Below, piece after piece: positions 1 through 16,046 of a stretch of 64,000 nt of DNA. Every line of letters starts with the position of its first letter. Within the stretch, counting starts at the first letter, position 1. The notes under the pieces were generated by a model, which was given only the letters and a program-made list of their open reading frames with translations, did not search any database and had not been told where the DNA came from. The translations under genes and the position numbers were made by a program. Source of the stretch: Chrysomallon squamiferum (lineage: Eukaryota > Animalia > Mollusca); the NCBI GenBank assembly GCA_012295275.1, contig CM022670.1, forward strand, positions 3,162,001-3,226,000, in the 5' to 3' direction.

Positions 1-146
1 GAAAACAAGATCGTTTTCAGAGACAATGTACTTTTAAGAGAAATAGATACATTTTACAGTTACCATCATGTTGTATACTGTGTTCTTTTTTTCTGTTTTC
101 TTTAAATAATTATTATCATTGTTATTATTATTATTATTATTATTAT

Positions 147-178
<32 letters not shown>

Positions 179-500
179 ATAGTTGATGTTAGTGGTGATG
201 ATGGTATCGTAATTATTTATTGTTGTATAATATCTTAATTTGTTTTGAATGTTACTAATTTTATGAACGCCATGGTGTTTCAGTACCCATTTTCACATTT
301 TTATATTCTATATTCTTGTTTTAATGGATTCAAATTATACAACAACTTGCTCATGAAATTAAAGAAATCTGTACTGGAAATCTATTTATTTAACCAGAAG
401 GTTTAATTTACACAAATCTTACTGCCTAATATTCAGCATAAATATTTTGTTCTGTAATCTAAAGGTATGATTTTCGCAATAAATAAATGAATAAAATAAA

Positions 501-541
<41 letters not shown>

Positions 542-1390
542 AAACAAACAAACAAACAAACAAATAAATAAATAAAACAAATAAACAAACAAACAAACAA
601 ATAAATAAAATTGTTCTTCGAGTTCTTCCTATCAGATCTGTCTGCAGCAATGTTCAGCAAGGAACTCTTCCGTAAGCGCAGCAAACTATTCATTTTAATC
701 AACGAGGTTTGATACGGCCTTTCATTTACTTTCAAGCAAACGTTGCAGGGCTAAGCTTTTTCAGGCTTAAGATTACTATTTATTTTTGGAGATAGTACAA
801 AAGGAAGGGTATAATATCAGGAATTTTATATTGGTTTGAAAAGATCAAAGAGGTGCTAGTTTAAAAAAAAGAAGAAAAAAGAAAGAATTAAGGTCAACAC
901 TTCAAAGAAAAGTGACGACCTACAAAAATATTTGGTGTGAACAGTGTAAGTTAAATTTTAAAAGCCGTAAAATAAACATAAAAAAAAAATAATAATAAAA
1001 TTAAAGAATTATACATATGAAAATATCACGAATAGATAGAACAAACAGACAGACAGACAGACAGAAAGGTAGGTAGGTAGTTTGATAGATGACAGATAGA
1101 TAGATAGACAGACAGACATAAACATATAGATAGATAGACACATCTACATAATTTAATTTCCTATATGCATAAACAAAAATTCAATATATACCTACATTCA
1201 ATAATTACAGATAACTGCATATTTACATACCAACACATATACATGCACACATATACACATATATACATATATACATATATACACACACACAACACACATA
1301 CACACAAAACATATATACACACATACACTCATATACATATATACATTTATATACACATTTTCACATGCATATGCATGGATACATATATAA

Positions 1391-1421
<31 letters not shown>

Positions 1422-2457
1422 AAACACTTACCCGCGCATACACAGAGACTCATCACTGTTCACGCACACGCATCCACACTCAAATACGCACGTTTACAAA
1501 CGTCAGTTTTATAATTTTTCTTTGCTATATTTCTACCAGAGTGTGAACGTTGAGACGGAGATAACTGCTCGTCTAATGAAATTTTAAAACAAATTTGTTG
1601 AAATGGATCATCGAAACATGACACGCTTCTGTCAGTCTTGAAGGTTCTAATGTTTCCTGATAATGAATAATTCAATGAAACTCCATTTAAACTAACTCAT
1701 CCGTTTGTTTGTTTCCTGCCGAAAACGTGTAGGACAAACGTCATTACAAATCTGCAGAGACAACTTCGGAGTGATCGAAACTTTTGGAAAATAATTGACG
1801 AGGGCTCAAAACAGCCTACTCCCGTGGGAAATGTTTCAGTGTTGAAAAATTCCAGAGGCGTAAAGATAGAAATAATAATTTTAATTGTCCTTATTGATTT
1901 AATATTCTCTCAGTTTTAAAAAATCAAACTTTGAAGTTATTCGCGTCTTTTCTTTGAAACGTTGTTGTTGTCCTTTTATTCTGTAGTGACTTCGCCCCTT
2001 CTTCGCGTTTCTGAATTAGAATTTCAAGTAAAGACGACGTCAGTTCTTCAAAACAATTGTCATCGCTGAAATATTCATAGAACACTCAGCAAAATCAGAT
2101 CAGAGCATTCATAAGGCAATAAGAAATATTTTTTTTTTTTTTTAAATGACACAATCAAATAAACATATTATCTAATAAATTTAAAACAAATAAAAAAATT
2201 AAAATTTCCAAACAAATAAGAATGAAAGAAAAAACGAAAAATATATAAATATTCTTAACTGAAATATTAGTTATTTACAAGGTGCAGTTCAATTTCATTG
2301 CTAATGTGATATATATCTTTTACCATAGCTGTATATATATATAAGTATATTAATCTTTTTTCTAATTCTCTCTTTCTGTCAGTGAGTATCTGTTTTCTTA
2401 TACATACCAGGTTGATATATAGATACAACATACATACATATGTATTTCTTTCTCTGT

Positions 2458-2551
<94 letters not shown>

Positions 2552-4136
2552 ATATATGTATTTTCTTCTCTGAGAAAAAAACACACATCAGACGCCAGTT
2601 TCATTAACTGTTTCATAAAAGGAGAAAACGCAGTGAACACACTTTCTCTGACCTTTACGTTTTATTGCTCATCACACTTCCCGCGTGTCTGATCACGAAT
2701 GTCGGACGCGAAAATACCCGCTCGTTCTTTCTCGTGCGTGCTGCAATAAATTTCAGCGATTTCAGACAATTCGTTTTCCTCTGAATTACATTGTGCAGAT
2801 TAATTAATTTCCACGTGTGTCTGTTTTGCCAGACTTCACAATGATTATATAAAAAGAAAGAGAATTACCGTAGGCACTGGCATCTCATTAAGAAACGTTT
2901 GAATCTGAATTCTGACAGAGTTAACAAGTACGCTGTATTCCACTAATTTTTTTTCAGAGCTCGGAGGTGGCATGTCTGTTTAATAAATATGGTTGATGTT
3001 GTTGTATTTACAGTATTTTTTTTATCTGAAACGGATGCAGATTTACAGGTAAGAATGATGATGCTGACAACAGCGATGACTGTAATGACGTCAAAATGAC
3101 CCCATATCCCCTGTAATAAAATGGTCATGCGAAATCAGATGTAAGAAACAGAAAAACTATTGCATCATCGACTGGAGCAGCAGTAATAATAATAATAATA
3201 ATAATGATGATGATAGTGATGATGATGATGATGATGATGATGATAAGTTGTTATAACAAATTGTATTTATGGTTCTGAAAACAGATAAAATTTCCTACAT
3301 TTCTAATTTAATTTTGAGCGTATATAAGCCTCTGTGTGTATGTATGCATGGTTTTATGTATGTTTGTAAGGAAACCTGATTATTGTGAATACAGAATCTA
3401 TTTTAAAGTTAAAGGAACTGTTTCGATTAGCGGTAAGAGGCATTTCACATAATTCGCTCGATCCTGGATTTTGCAGTTTGTTTTAAAACACGTTCTTTGT
3501 TGTGGGTTTTTTTACCCCCTATTTTATTACTTCTTCAGGTCTTCATGCAAAGATAACGTGCTTTCTGTGACTGAAAAATATTAGTAAATGACTTTATAAT
3601 AAAATTAATGCCACCTTTAACATTGGTTTACGGCAATAATTCACAGAGCACAGTAAATGCGTAATTCCTCACAGCCAGCTGCTGAAACTTTCATCACTCA
3701 TCACCATTTTCCCTGATTTATTGCTGTAAGGCAATCCACAAGACGAACCACCAGCGGTTTCGAGTGACGTTATATTTGGAAGAGCTCGGAAGACCTCGTA
3801 ATTTTCCGTCAACCGAAAATTTAGAGAGATTTTAAATAGTTTTATAACAGTCATTCATTATTTCCTCCAACTATTTCTCTTTCTGTCTCTATATCTTCAT
3901 TTGTTTTGCTTTTTTTTCATTTTCTTTTTTCATCCTCTGTAATATTCTCTCTCTCGTTTCTCTCTTTCTATCTATCTGTATATATATCTATATATATATT
4001 TCAGAGAAAACATTTTTTTCTAATATTTTACTGAAACGTTCATTCTCTTTCTGTTTCTTTCTCTCACACACTTTCTTGTACAATCTCTGCTCACTTTTGT
4101 GTTACCGTCTCTCTTCCTTATTTATTTTCTCCCTCG

Positions 4137-4181
<45 letters not shown>

Positions 4182-5137
4182 CCTTTCTCTTCGCTGTAGT
4201 CTTCAGTCGGGTGGATTAAATAATAAATAATAATAATTTAGCACAATCATTTATTATATATCTATGTTATTATAAACAAAGACACTTTACTTCTATATTG
4301 TAATGACGATGATTCTAAACATACACTAATCAGTACAAGTATGTTCAAATCTTCACTGCAGACATTCATCTCATTACAAGGACTTTTCGGAAGGGAAAAA
4401 TTAACAAGCGACTGAACTACAAATGATGGCTCTAACCAGAACTTCAAGTAAAAGCTTATTAGCTACTCGACTTTCAGAACTGCCTGCCATGTTTAGTTGT
4501 CCTGTACAGAGAAAGCGACTCGAAGAATAGTTCGTTTCTGCTTGCTTTGCCGCCACCGTGTGTCAATTTACGCCAAACGAAGCTAGGAAAATTACAATTA
4601 AACGGGGATTTCTCGTCTGTGATCGCAAATCGTTTCTTCTGTAATCCTTGCCAACATCACGAATCTTTGAACTGGAGAAAAACCGCAGCTGTTTGATTTA
4701 GCTTTCGCGTCTCGTTTGTAGGAAAGTCTGCCGTCCTAAACAGCTAATACTACATTGTCCTTGTTGACCAAATCTCTGTTCTGAACAAGAAAATATTCTA
4801 TGCCCAGTCACGTATCTGTTGGCGAGGTTGTGCTGCAGGAATCGAACTAGTGAACTTTTTATACTTTGTATTTCAAGTCCTAGACGACTTTTTTTTTTCT
4901 TTTTTTCTTTTTTTTTGTCATTTCTCTTGAGAAAAGATTTCTAAGAAAGCAGTGGGTTGTTTTAAGAATGAGGTGAAGATCTATAAAGCAGAAACAAATC
5001 GAAGGTTTGAAAGATCAGCCATTGCCTAATATCGTCTGAATTTTGTTTGAGAATAAAAAGAATTCTCTATGTGTAATCTTCTGGGTTTCTCTCTCTCTCT
5101 CTCTTTCTCTGGGTCTTTCTAACTCTCTTTTTTACCT

Positions 5138-5203
<66 letters not shown>

Positions 5204-5482
5204 CACTCTTTCTCTCTGATGTCTTTTTGAGTATCCTTCCTTTGATTTTCTCTAATTCTTTCCTCCTTTCACGACTTTAGCTGTTTTGTATCTCTCCATC
5301 TATATATAAAGGTGGGATATCTTTTTTCTTTTATTATCTCAATTTTTATTCTCTACATATTTCTTTGATTCCGCACATAACATTCTCTATCTGAGTGATT
5401 TTATATATAATATTCTCTCTGTATTTGAATGATTCGAATATAAATAATCAGAAAGATGATTCCAAGATATTTTATGGTTTCA

Positions 5483-5539
<57 letters not shown>

Positions 5540-6408
5540 GTTATTATTATAGTATTAGTCCGACAACTGCTGCTACTACTACTTCTACTACTACTAATGC
5601 TGCTGCTGCTACAACTATTACTATTGCTGTTGCTAGTTCTTTTGTTGTTTGTGGTAATGGTGTTGTTGTTCCTTACACAGAAACTATATACGTGTTTTCA
5701 TGCATGATTCTCTGTAATTATTACTCAAATCAGTAGCTAATCCATTTTCTTTTTAATCCTTATAACTCTGTTCTTGACGTGATGTTTCGTTAAAATCTGC
5801 CTTAAATAGAAATTGTACACGAGAATAACAGTCAACACGAAACATTAAAAAAAAAGGAAAGTTACAAAACTAATAGTGTCCATCATTTGAATAATTATTT
5901 TTCTAAAGATCTAAATGTGTTTTCTTTCAACAGATCTTCCGCGTTCCGTACTGTTACACTTAATCCCTTTCTTTGCCACTAATGATAACGTTTATCCTAA
6001 TTGTTAACAAACAGATATATTGCAGCTGACAAAAACAACCGCTATTGGCAATTATTGCCTCGCCATTATACCAGCTGCGTGATTAGAAACGTGAATCAGA
6101 AATCTTGTTTTGATCGTTAAAGCTGCTTAACTTTAGTTAACCAAGTTACGTTCTTGATAGTACATCGACTTCAGTGAAACTAATTGTACTCACCACCTAC
6201 GTCTTTGGGTACATTTTAATGATGGAGTAAAATCTTTGTCCGATGATGATTATGTTGTCGATGATGATGATGATCATAAGTAAAAGCAGAAGTAGTAGTA
6301 TTTACCACTACTACTATAATATTTGGCGATATTTTACATTGACTATTTGCTTTGTATTTTTTATTTAGATTTTTTTGTTTTTTTTAATTAATTATAGTTG
6401 AGCTTTTG

Positions 6409-6439
<31 letters not shown>

Positions 6440-7430
6440 ATTATTATTAAATTTTTTTTTTTTCTTAAAATATTATTATTACTTTTTCAGAAATATTTAT
6501 AACTATTATTTAAATATGTTGCTTTGTTATGTTTTATATTTTTCCATTTCTTTCTCTTGCTTTTGCTATTTTCTCTTTCTTTTATTATTACTTGATTTTG
6601 TTTGTTTTCTCCATTACGACCATCATGATTAACGTATTCAACTAAATGTTTAAATCAGAAGAAGGAAGTTGAAACATTTCCTATTATAAAAATCTAGCGA
6701 CATGTAACATATCTCTATTTCTCTTAAAAATCGAAAATAAAATAAAATAAAATAAAATAAAAAAGCAGGAATATAATTTATTTGACATTTTAATGTATCT
6801 CCAAAGATAGCTTTTAATGTAATAATCTTTTATTTTACTGAACTTCAGTTATCGCCTTTCCTGTCTGTCAGTTTTCGTTTAAGTGATTCTTGTCATAACC
6901 CGAGACAGGTACAGACGAACTGACGATTTTAAAAGACAAAAAACCGCCATCATTGTGACGCAATAACTTTGAAGAAGAAATACAAAAAGAAATCGAGAAA
7001 CCATCGAGTCACTCCCGATAACCTCTGTATTAGCATGTGACAAATAATTTTATTATTATCATCGCCATCACCATCATTAATTACTATTATTTTTTTTTTT
7101 TTTTTGTATTATTTGTTATTGTTATTTTTATGTCATTTACAGGTCCAGATTGTTTTCATATATATTCTCTCTCGCTCTCATATTTTTTAAAGAATTAATT
7201 AATAATTTATATACATCTTTACCGATTCACGTACGCTTGTAATGGGCACATTCCTGAATAAAATCTGTTGTTTAAATCTCAGCGTACTGTATTAACTTAT
7301 AAACGTGGTCAGAGATTAAAAGCCATCTGTCTTCTGTTGTCTTCCCTGTCCAGGGCAAATTATCCCCTGATGTAGCGAAAGTTGTACAGAATCCTGTCAC
7401 TTTAATCTATCAACAACTGACAAGTACAGA

Positions 7431-7703
7431 GATTTACTGTGCGTAGTATTGCTGGATCCTAATTTATTGTGCGTGGTATTGCTGGATTCTAATTTAGTGT
7501 ACGTGGTATTGCTGGATCCTAATTTATTTTACGTAGTATTGCTGGATCCTAATTTATTGTACGTAGTATTGCTGGATCCTAATTTATTTTACGTAGTATT
7601 GCTGGATTCTAATTTATTGTACATAGTATTGCTGGATCCTAATTTATTGTACGTAGTATTGCTGGATCCTAATTTATTGTACGTAGTTTTGCAGGATCCT
7701 AAT
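7431..7703. repeat. 30-bp minisatellite, 9 copies
   Basis: Unit aatttattgtacgtagtattgctggatcct repeated without spacers; causes spurious ORF 7449-7721. Confidence 0.95.
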
Positions 7704-8216
7704 ACAAATATAACGAAATGAATATCACTACAGTCAGAGACATTAATTATTTAAATTGACTGAAGACATCATATTAAGACATAAATGAATGATGAACACT
7801 TAAAATGTAAATTTATTGCAATGAGTATCTTTTGTACCTAAGCATTAACAAATCGTTATACAAATACACAAGATAAAGCACTGCATTTGGTTTTTTGGCC
7901 ATCTACGTGAAATTTTATTTAAATAAATTATTCGAAGATCTCTGCAGATTTGACCTTTTAAGCCAAAATGATATAAATGTTTATTCCTTGGCTAATACAT
8001 AATAATTTACTTAGTTAATCTCGGAATGTAAGCTACATTACTGATCTACCATTTATGGAGTTGGGTGGACAATAGCAGCTCGGTTAACGAAATGTTTAAA
8101 ATTAATGAAAGTAAAATAAAACATGAAATACAGGTATAAACACACAGAAGAAAAATATGAACCGTAAAATTATCATCTGACGTAAATACTTGCCAAGCCG
8201 GTCGTATGCACGGATT

Positions 8217-8261
<45 letters not shown>

Positions 8262-9041
8262 AGAAAAAATTGGCAGGACTCTTATATAACAATGTTCAAA
8301 TAACATATAATAACATAAATATTTGCCACATTCATCCAAAACGGATATAAAAAAATAAAATAAAAAATAAAATAAAAAATCTACCAAAACATTGAGAAAT
8401 CGTGTTATAGTATCAAATCATTAGAAGTAATTTACAGCAGTTACAGTGACGGATTATCTAATACGCAATCATTTTACTTCTCATCCATCACTAGAAGCGA
8501 TTAGCTCGGATACCTGTGGGTCAGCTTACTAAGATTTCCACCACTAACTAACTTAATCCGCTAGCCCAGCACTAAGTTGATCCCGTTATAAAATATTTCC
8601 CTCTGACGTGTAGCGCTGTTAATTATTTTGTAAAGAAATTTCCCTGGTCGCACTGGATTAAGCTGAAACGTTAGAGTGTCAGTGAACCGAGAGGACAGAC
8701 GTTGTATTAAGTGATTCGATCCTGTCCAGTCTACGTCACGTGGAATTATTTTATCATTATGACAACGTTAACGGTCACTGTTTTAACCGCTAGCAGTTAT
8801 AATGGACGCAGTCGCTGTGTTTTTCTTGTGTTGTAATTATATTTCAAAAAATTATTTATGTTACAAATATATGGGTTTTTCTCATTTTTAAATATATCTC
8901 ATTTAATGCTTATTTTATTCTCGTTTTATCTTTATGGTTTTATTATTTTGTTGTAAAGTTACCAATAATGCGTTACAATTGTAATGTCCTGTAGGAAATT
9001 ATAATAGTATCTATTTTCTGTAGTTGATTTTTATTATTTTG

Positions 9042-9101
<60 letters not shown>

Positions 9102-10776
9102 CTAGATTTCTGTATAGATGCATACAAAACTGAATTTTTCTCTCTCTCACTCTCGAAACGTAGACAGCGTATGTCGTATTTGCACGAATGCGTGCGAGTG
9201 CTTGTGTGTGAGCATGCGTTTGTTAAAACAGACGTCTGTCTAGCAGCTGGTCGTGGTTACATTAATTTGATTTTTCAATTAACACAGAAAAAACTTAACA
9301 CTATATCAAATCAATAGCGGGTGTCTGTCAAACACATCATCACCTTTGATATTAACATCTGACTACAGCAGCTGTAGACTTTTAGATAAAATAATCTTAT
9401 TATAAACGGTGACAATGCGTATAGGTCGACATATAAAACCCACACCAAAGCAAATAAAATCTTCACCACATATTGTGTTTAGTTTCACACTAGTGTTTAT
9501 AGAGGTGTTAGTATCATATATAATAATAAGTTATTTTCATAGTGTATATTAAAATAATCAACCGTAAAGAAACATATTTCAACTGATAACTCGAAACCGT
9601 ACTAGAATAAATAATTTGGTCTTTCTTTCTTGTTTTTTTTTTTTTTTTATTTTATTTTATTTTATTTATTTTTTTATTATTATTGTTAGTGTTGTGTTTT
9701 TTCATATTTTTCTTATTTATTACTATTACTTATCATTCTTCCGGGGTTTTTTTTGTGGGTTTAGGGATATGTATTTTGAAATAACCATGCTATATTATGA
9801 AACATAATTATTAAAAAATATATATATTTTTTAAATAAAAAATCTTTAAAACAATGAAAGACGCCTTCACACGCACACGCACAAGTAAGAATACGTTGAT
9901 ACCCAGCAAGCCGGGGTTAAACTATTAATAATCACAGACAGCTTGCAATTTGGAAGGTGGACAGCTAGATAAAGAAATTTAAATTATAACGATTTAGAAA
10001 ATTATCTACGTTTATAAAATCAATGTAGAAGAGTTTAGTATTACAAAGTGTCAGACTGAAGGCAAACTGATTACATCATTTTCACTGGTCACCAATTAGT
10101 AACAAGAAAAATAATGCATTTACTGTGGCCTCCTGTTAGAGAAAGATGACAAATCTGCCGTAAGCCGTAATGTTAAAAATTGCTTTCAATTACCGAGGTG
10201 TTAGGCAAGGATTAGTCTTCTCTCCTTGCTCATTTATTGTTTCTCTTCGTCTTAACAACAATAGTCACCGATTTAAGCTAATATCATTTAGACGCTAATT
10301 GCAAACCAATGATAACAGTGCTGAGACATAAGCCTAGGAAATTGTCCATGTTACGTAATTTTAATTATAATTTCTTCTGAAGCGACAATAAAAGCTCATC
10401 TAATATAAACTGACATCTGTTATTTACGGTATTCTTGCGATCAATCATCCATCATTAAGAAAAAGGAAGGTTTATAGCAACTTCCAAAGAAATGTTTTAA
10501 TGATACGCCATATACAGAATTTATAATTTGACCTTTATGTAACAATAATTATTTTGGACGCTAATTTTATGGTGTTTCTTTAATTCTGCATTCAAGAATG
10601 ATTTTATTTTTCTTTGCTTCCTTAAAAAGATAACAATAAGAACATATTATTATTATTGTTTTAAATCTAAGTTGTGTTGTTTGCATGTTAGTTTTATTTC
10701 AACGTGTTTATAAAAACTCTTCTGTTTGCCTCTATCCATCTACTTACTCCTACATCCATTTGTACTTGATTTTAAT

Positions 10777-10861
<85 letters not shown>

Positions 10862-10884
10862 ATTAATTACGGCTGCACTAATTA

Positions 10885-11017
10885 CAGGAAGTGAACAAAC
10901 CACTTCCGCCAGCAACGGAAGTAAAAAATCATTTTAACAACACATTCCGCAGACAGTGACCAAGCATGCAATAGAATGTTGCCAAATAAACGCTGTCTTT
11001 TGACCTCTCTGTGACCT
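10885..11017. promoter_or_regulatory. ETS-site cluster plus perfect DR5 nuclear receptor element
   Basis: GGAAGT cores at 10885, 10901 (minus), 10916; TGACCT-ctctg-TGACCT at 11001-11017. Confidence 0.35.
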
Positions 11018-12103
11018 GCAATTACGAGCACAGCCGCGAGTTCGAATTGTAAAATTATTCCCTCTTGTTCCTCTCTTCACGGTTATTTCATGTGATTAAT
11101 CTTTGTGTAAGAAAATTCGAATCAGCTGGTGCCCAACGTCTTTTCTATTCCTACGAGCACTGCTTGTCATTCTGCACCTGGACCACAAGAAGGAAAGTTT
11201 CCACACATCAGCCATCAGATATTTAAACCAGTACAGGCTAAGCAGTTATTCTCAAGCTACTGGGATCGTATCCTTCAAATGGTTTCAGTGCAAAAACTAA
11301 AAGTATAGGAACGTCAGGTAATTGTCGTGTGTTTTTTTTGATCAGATAAAATACTAATACTGTTACTGTATTGAGCAGGTAAAGCAAGTTTCGGGAATTT
11401 CTCGCTTAAGGTAATAAATACTTTATAGACCTAGCATGTTAAACGATATCTGTCTAATCCGACCTGTATGTTTACGAAATGAAAGACTATTCTTTTATAG
11501 GAAAAAAACAACAAAAACCAAAAAAACATTTCTATTAAATATATAGGTATGTATGTGTATGTATGTGTGTGTGTGTGTGCATGCAAGCATGCATGTTTCA
11601 TTGTTTTATGTACGGCAACACATTTTTTTAAATTTAATCTACATAAATAAAGAAAAAGAAGCTTTCTTTTCCAACTTTTTGTTTTCTTCTTGTTTATGAA
11701 CTAATTTTAAGCACACATGGATTTCATCATGCGGTGTTAGAAAATATTAATCTTGTTTCAAGCGACATGCCAATTAATTGCTACTGCTGTAATTGTTTCA
11801 ATGTACGCTGAATGACCTGCGTCTGGTAAATAAAAACTGCAGCACTGCATTAAATCATAAGTAAAACAACGGTAAGTGAAATGTATTTAATTATGTATGA
11901 GTTATTTTACTGTTTACGAAATACCGCTTATCGCAGAAAGGTGTTTATTGTAACTAGTGCAAATTAAATTGTTTTAGAAAAAGAAAAAAAAAACGGGCTC
12001 TGCATTTCAGTTATTCTTGCTTTATTAGTATTATTTTTGTTACCACTATTACTGTAGTGGGCGTTATATCTGATTTTTATTTTTTTAAATTGATTTTTAT
12101 TTT

Positions 12104-12134
<31 letters not shown>

Positions 12135-14485
12135 CGTGTTTTTCTTCCTCAATATTCAATTTTGTGTTAGCTGCTGAGGGTTTTTGTGTGCTCTCTTTTT
12201 CCATTACCCTACTTTTTTCTAAACATTTTGATCCATTTCGCAGTTTACCAGACAGATAACTATCCCAAATAAGTGTGTGAACGAAACAGCTGCCCAGCTG
12301 TCATATTAAAATTATTTTATAGATCGTGTCGTCCTTGTTTTATTTATTTTTATTATTTCATTTTTTTTTTTTTTTTTTTTGATAATTTCCCACAAATGCT
12401 GTGTCGAACAAACAAAAGAACAATACAAGAGCAAATGTGTCTATATATATACACACACATACATTTTTTTTTTCCGTCTTCTAAACCGTATTAAAGAACG
12501 GATTCGGCATTTCATTTCTAAACGTATTAACAGCAGGATTTTAGAAAGCTTTTATGCAAATATTTCTTAACCAATAAATCAGTAAGAGTATGCAGGACCT
12601 CAACGCACTGAATAAGCTCGTGGTGAATGTCCCACGCGACTTGCAACAAAATAAACACTTGGAATTACATCATTAGCTTCAGATTGAAGTCTCTGGCGAT
12701 TGTAATTTCCTCTTTGAAGTCTTACATTATTCTATTACCCAATTTATAACACATCTATGCTGTATGTTATTCTTACGACACAGCTTTATGAGATGCAAAG
12801 TTTATTTAAGACGCGTACCCTTCTTCGTGGTGTTGGGTTTTGTTTCTCGGATTTTAGCGCGAGTGGTGTGTATGTTAACAATTACTTTTCTTTGCGCCAC
12901 ACGGTCAGGACAAAAACCACACTTCCTCAATGTCTGCGCAAGTAATTTCCGCTTGTTTGTTTTTCCATCCTCCATATCAGCGGCACCACATAAAACTAAT
13001 TTAAAATCGTTGTTAAGTTTTGAATGCATCGCCTCAGTTTCGTAACCGCTATCGATAAAATTAATTTCTTGGACCAGGGGATAATGTCTTAATCATTTTT
13101 AAGATTCTTTTTTCTCAAACGTGTTTAAAGCGAGTCTGTCAAAGGCACAATTTCCGTTGTCGCTGGTCTTGTGTCCGAGTCAGCAGTATGTCTGTGGTTA
13201 CAAGATTCCTGAATCAGTTTTAACTATAAAACAGATACCAGTTTATTCAGCTTTTGAAAACTTTTGAAATTATATATATATATTTTTCTTCTTTTCGTTT
13301 TAAAAATGTCAAAACTTCGATTTCCTTTAATTTCAGTTATGTTATAAGAAAATTAATGAATAAATAAGTTACGACATAATAATAATAAGAAGAAGAAGAA
13401 GAAGAAGAAGAAGAACAACAACAACAACAACAACAAGAAGGAGGAGGAGGCGGAGGAGAACGAAAGAAGAATGAAAAAAATGTTTGAACATTTTCATACT
13501 ATAGAGTTTATTATTAAAACAAACAAAATAAATATGAATTTAAATAAATAAATAGATAACAACAACAACAACAACAACAAAAGTAATATCATCATTATTA
13601 TCACCATCGTAATGGAATAGCTCGTTCTTCTAATGTTGTCATTTATATTCACTTTAGCATTACATCTATTCCCAGTGTGAAAAAAAAAAATAAAAAAATA
13701 AAGTATAATAAAGGCCATCTAAAGACCTTGTCTCAACATATCCACCTGTTTCTGTTTTATTCCTGACTTGCTGGCATTAAAGTATCAACATATAAACAGA
13801 TACAACTGATTTTATTAGCAAAATGACTGACAGCAGTTACGATACTCAATGTGCAGCCATTTATTTTATGTGAAAATAAATCTCTCCACAGACTTACATT
13901 AAAATGTTGTGCAATAAATGGACAGTGACGTCCTTCAGTGGCTTCTATCGTTCACATCCCCAAATATCCGTGTTTAAAAGCTTCTGACAAATCATTTTCT
14001 TTTCCTTGTAAAAAGATTTAAATTTCCAAGCCCAAAGTTCAAAATAAATCGATTAATCGGTGACATTATAGCTGCAAACTAACTGAAAATAAATCTGTAC
14101 CATTCGTAAACAAGATTATAAAGTATACAAGTGTGACGTGAACAGATTACCTACATGTTTTCTAAGCTTCAAAATGATTATTTCGTTTCTGGATACCCAT
14201 CTCTGCAAATAATAAAATGCGACACTAAAAAAAGAAATCCTCATTGTTTTCCGTGCTCCAGTCACACGAAGACTTAGAGTGAAATTTAATGAATAAATGA
14301 AAGTGAAACAGATAAGGTTAATTTCATCATACTGACTGAAGAAATAATCAAATTAATGTTTGAGTTTAGAAAACAGATATGTCTTTCCGTCATATTTAAA
14401 GTTTATTTTTGAAATTTATTATAATTTTTATTCAATTTGCATCATGTTATTATTATATACAGAAATTTACATCTATGTAAATGTC

Positions 14486-14537
<52 letters not shown>

Positions 14538-15960
14538 CTAAAGCAATCTAAAAAAAAGGTGGAAAACAAAAAGGAAAGATAAACGAGATATATGAATTTG
14601 AGTATCAAGAACGTGGCAGTAATTAAAATAGTGATTTAATAACAGTGTAAATTTAACAAAAACCAATTAATATAACTATATCGTTAAAGCTAAGTTTACA
14701 CACTGAAAGTCAGACACTTAGACATGAGTTCAGATAGAAATACAAACTAATTGATGTTTAATGCAAAGAGTCCATAAAGCAGATTTCTAAAATGAGGACT
14801 GGGATGGAAGATGTAACTCATCACGTATAGAGCCAACAAACCAAGTAAACTAATAAACTAAAATATAAAAACACTTAGACATAAACAAACTAAATGTAAA
14901 CGTAATGGTGAATATATTAAAATGGTGGTAAACCTTTAACGAGTCACATTTTAAAACTGGAAAAATAAAGCGTAACTAAGTATCACCAAAATGGATTTTA
15001 TGATCTTTAACGGTTTGTAAGAACTTCTGTGCGGCATTGTTCAGGAACGGATAGCAGACTGTGATTTCAGCAAATATCGCTTCTTCTCCACAGATTCCTT
15101 TCCCTTCACTGAGACAAAAAGCAGATATAAAGAGGCAGATCTCCAGACAGACAATCGATGGAACAAAAAAAAAAAAAAAAAAAAAAAAATTATAGTGTGA
15201 AAAAGTATGGAGGACATGGAAATATTTTAGCGTCATGATCAGAACAACCTAGATTTGAAGTGAGAGAACTGCACAAAACAGTATTTGTAATAATGCTTCA
15301 GTGGTTTGTTTAAAGAGAACAATTGTTTGGTAGTGCGTTATTTCAACAAAGAAAGTGTGGATATATCACTACCAATTTTATGGCCAATAATTTAGAACAT
15401 ACGGTTTAGAAGTCTAATATTTTGACAGAGAGATTTTGGTATAAACTACCACCAATTTTTATGACAGTATCTTATCAGATATTGTTAGTAAGAGTGCCTG
15501 TAATGTGATGAATATTTTTCTGTTGAACTTACAAACAACTCTGTGAAGTAAAAAGAACAGGCTGACATGACCCAGAAAGTGTTTTAAATTTGTTAATTAC
15601 TTAAGCGGCCAGCTGTCTTCTTCACACGACATTCTGGACAATAATGTTTCGATCTCGTGGGGGCGAGACGAACGACAGTCGTAAATCGGTCGTCAGAAAC
15701 TTACTCGAATTACGATCGATCCAGGTCTACGACCGTTCTGAATTACAAACCAAACTTTGCACAATAGTACACAGTATATCTTTAATGTCACTTTGTAAGT
15801 ATATTATATCAAAAGGATTTTTCGCTGCTACCTGAGCGATGTAGTTTTCTTTCTGTGGTTAATTATATTTACTTACTTACTTACTTACTTACAAATGTTA
15901 CTAGGAAACTGAAGTTCTACAATGACACGTATGTAGTTATTTATGTTACAATGTACTCTA

Positions 15961-16045
<85 letters not shown>

Positions 16046-16046
16046 C

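Noticed and set aside
7431-7703. CRISPR-like array of 30-bp repeats
   Set aside because: Units are contiguous with no unique spacers, there are no cas genes, and the DNA is eukaryotic
1-16046. A second, plus-strand guanylate cyclase gene leading into the exon copy at 16090
   Set aside because: No other cyclase or H-NOX exons found; the copy is truncated and includes source intron sequence
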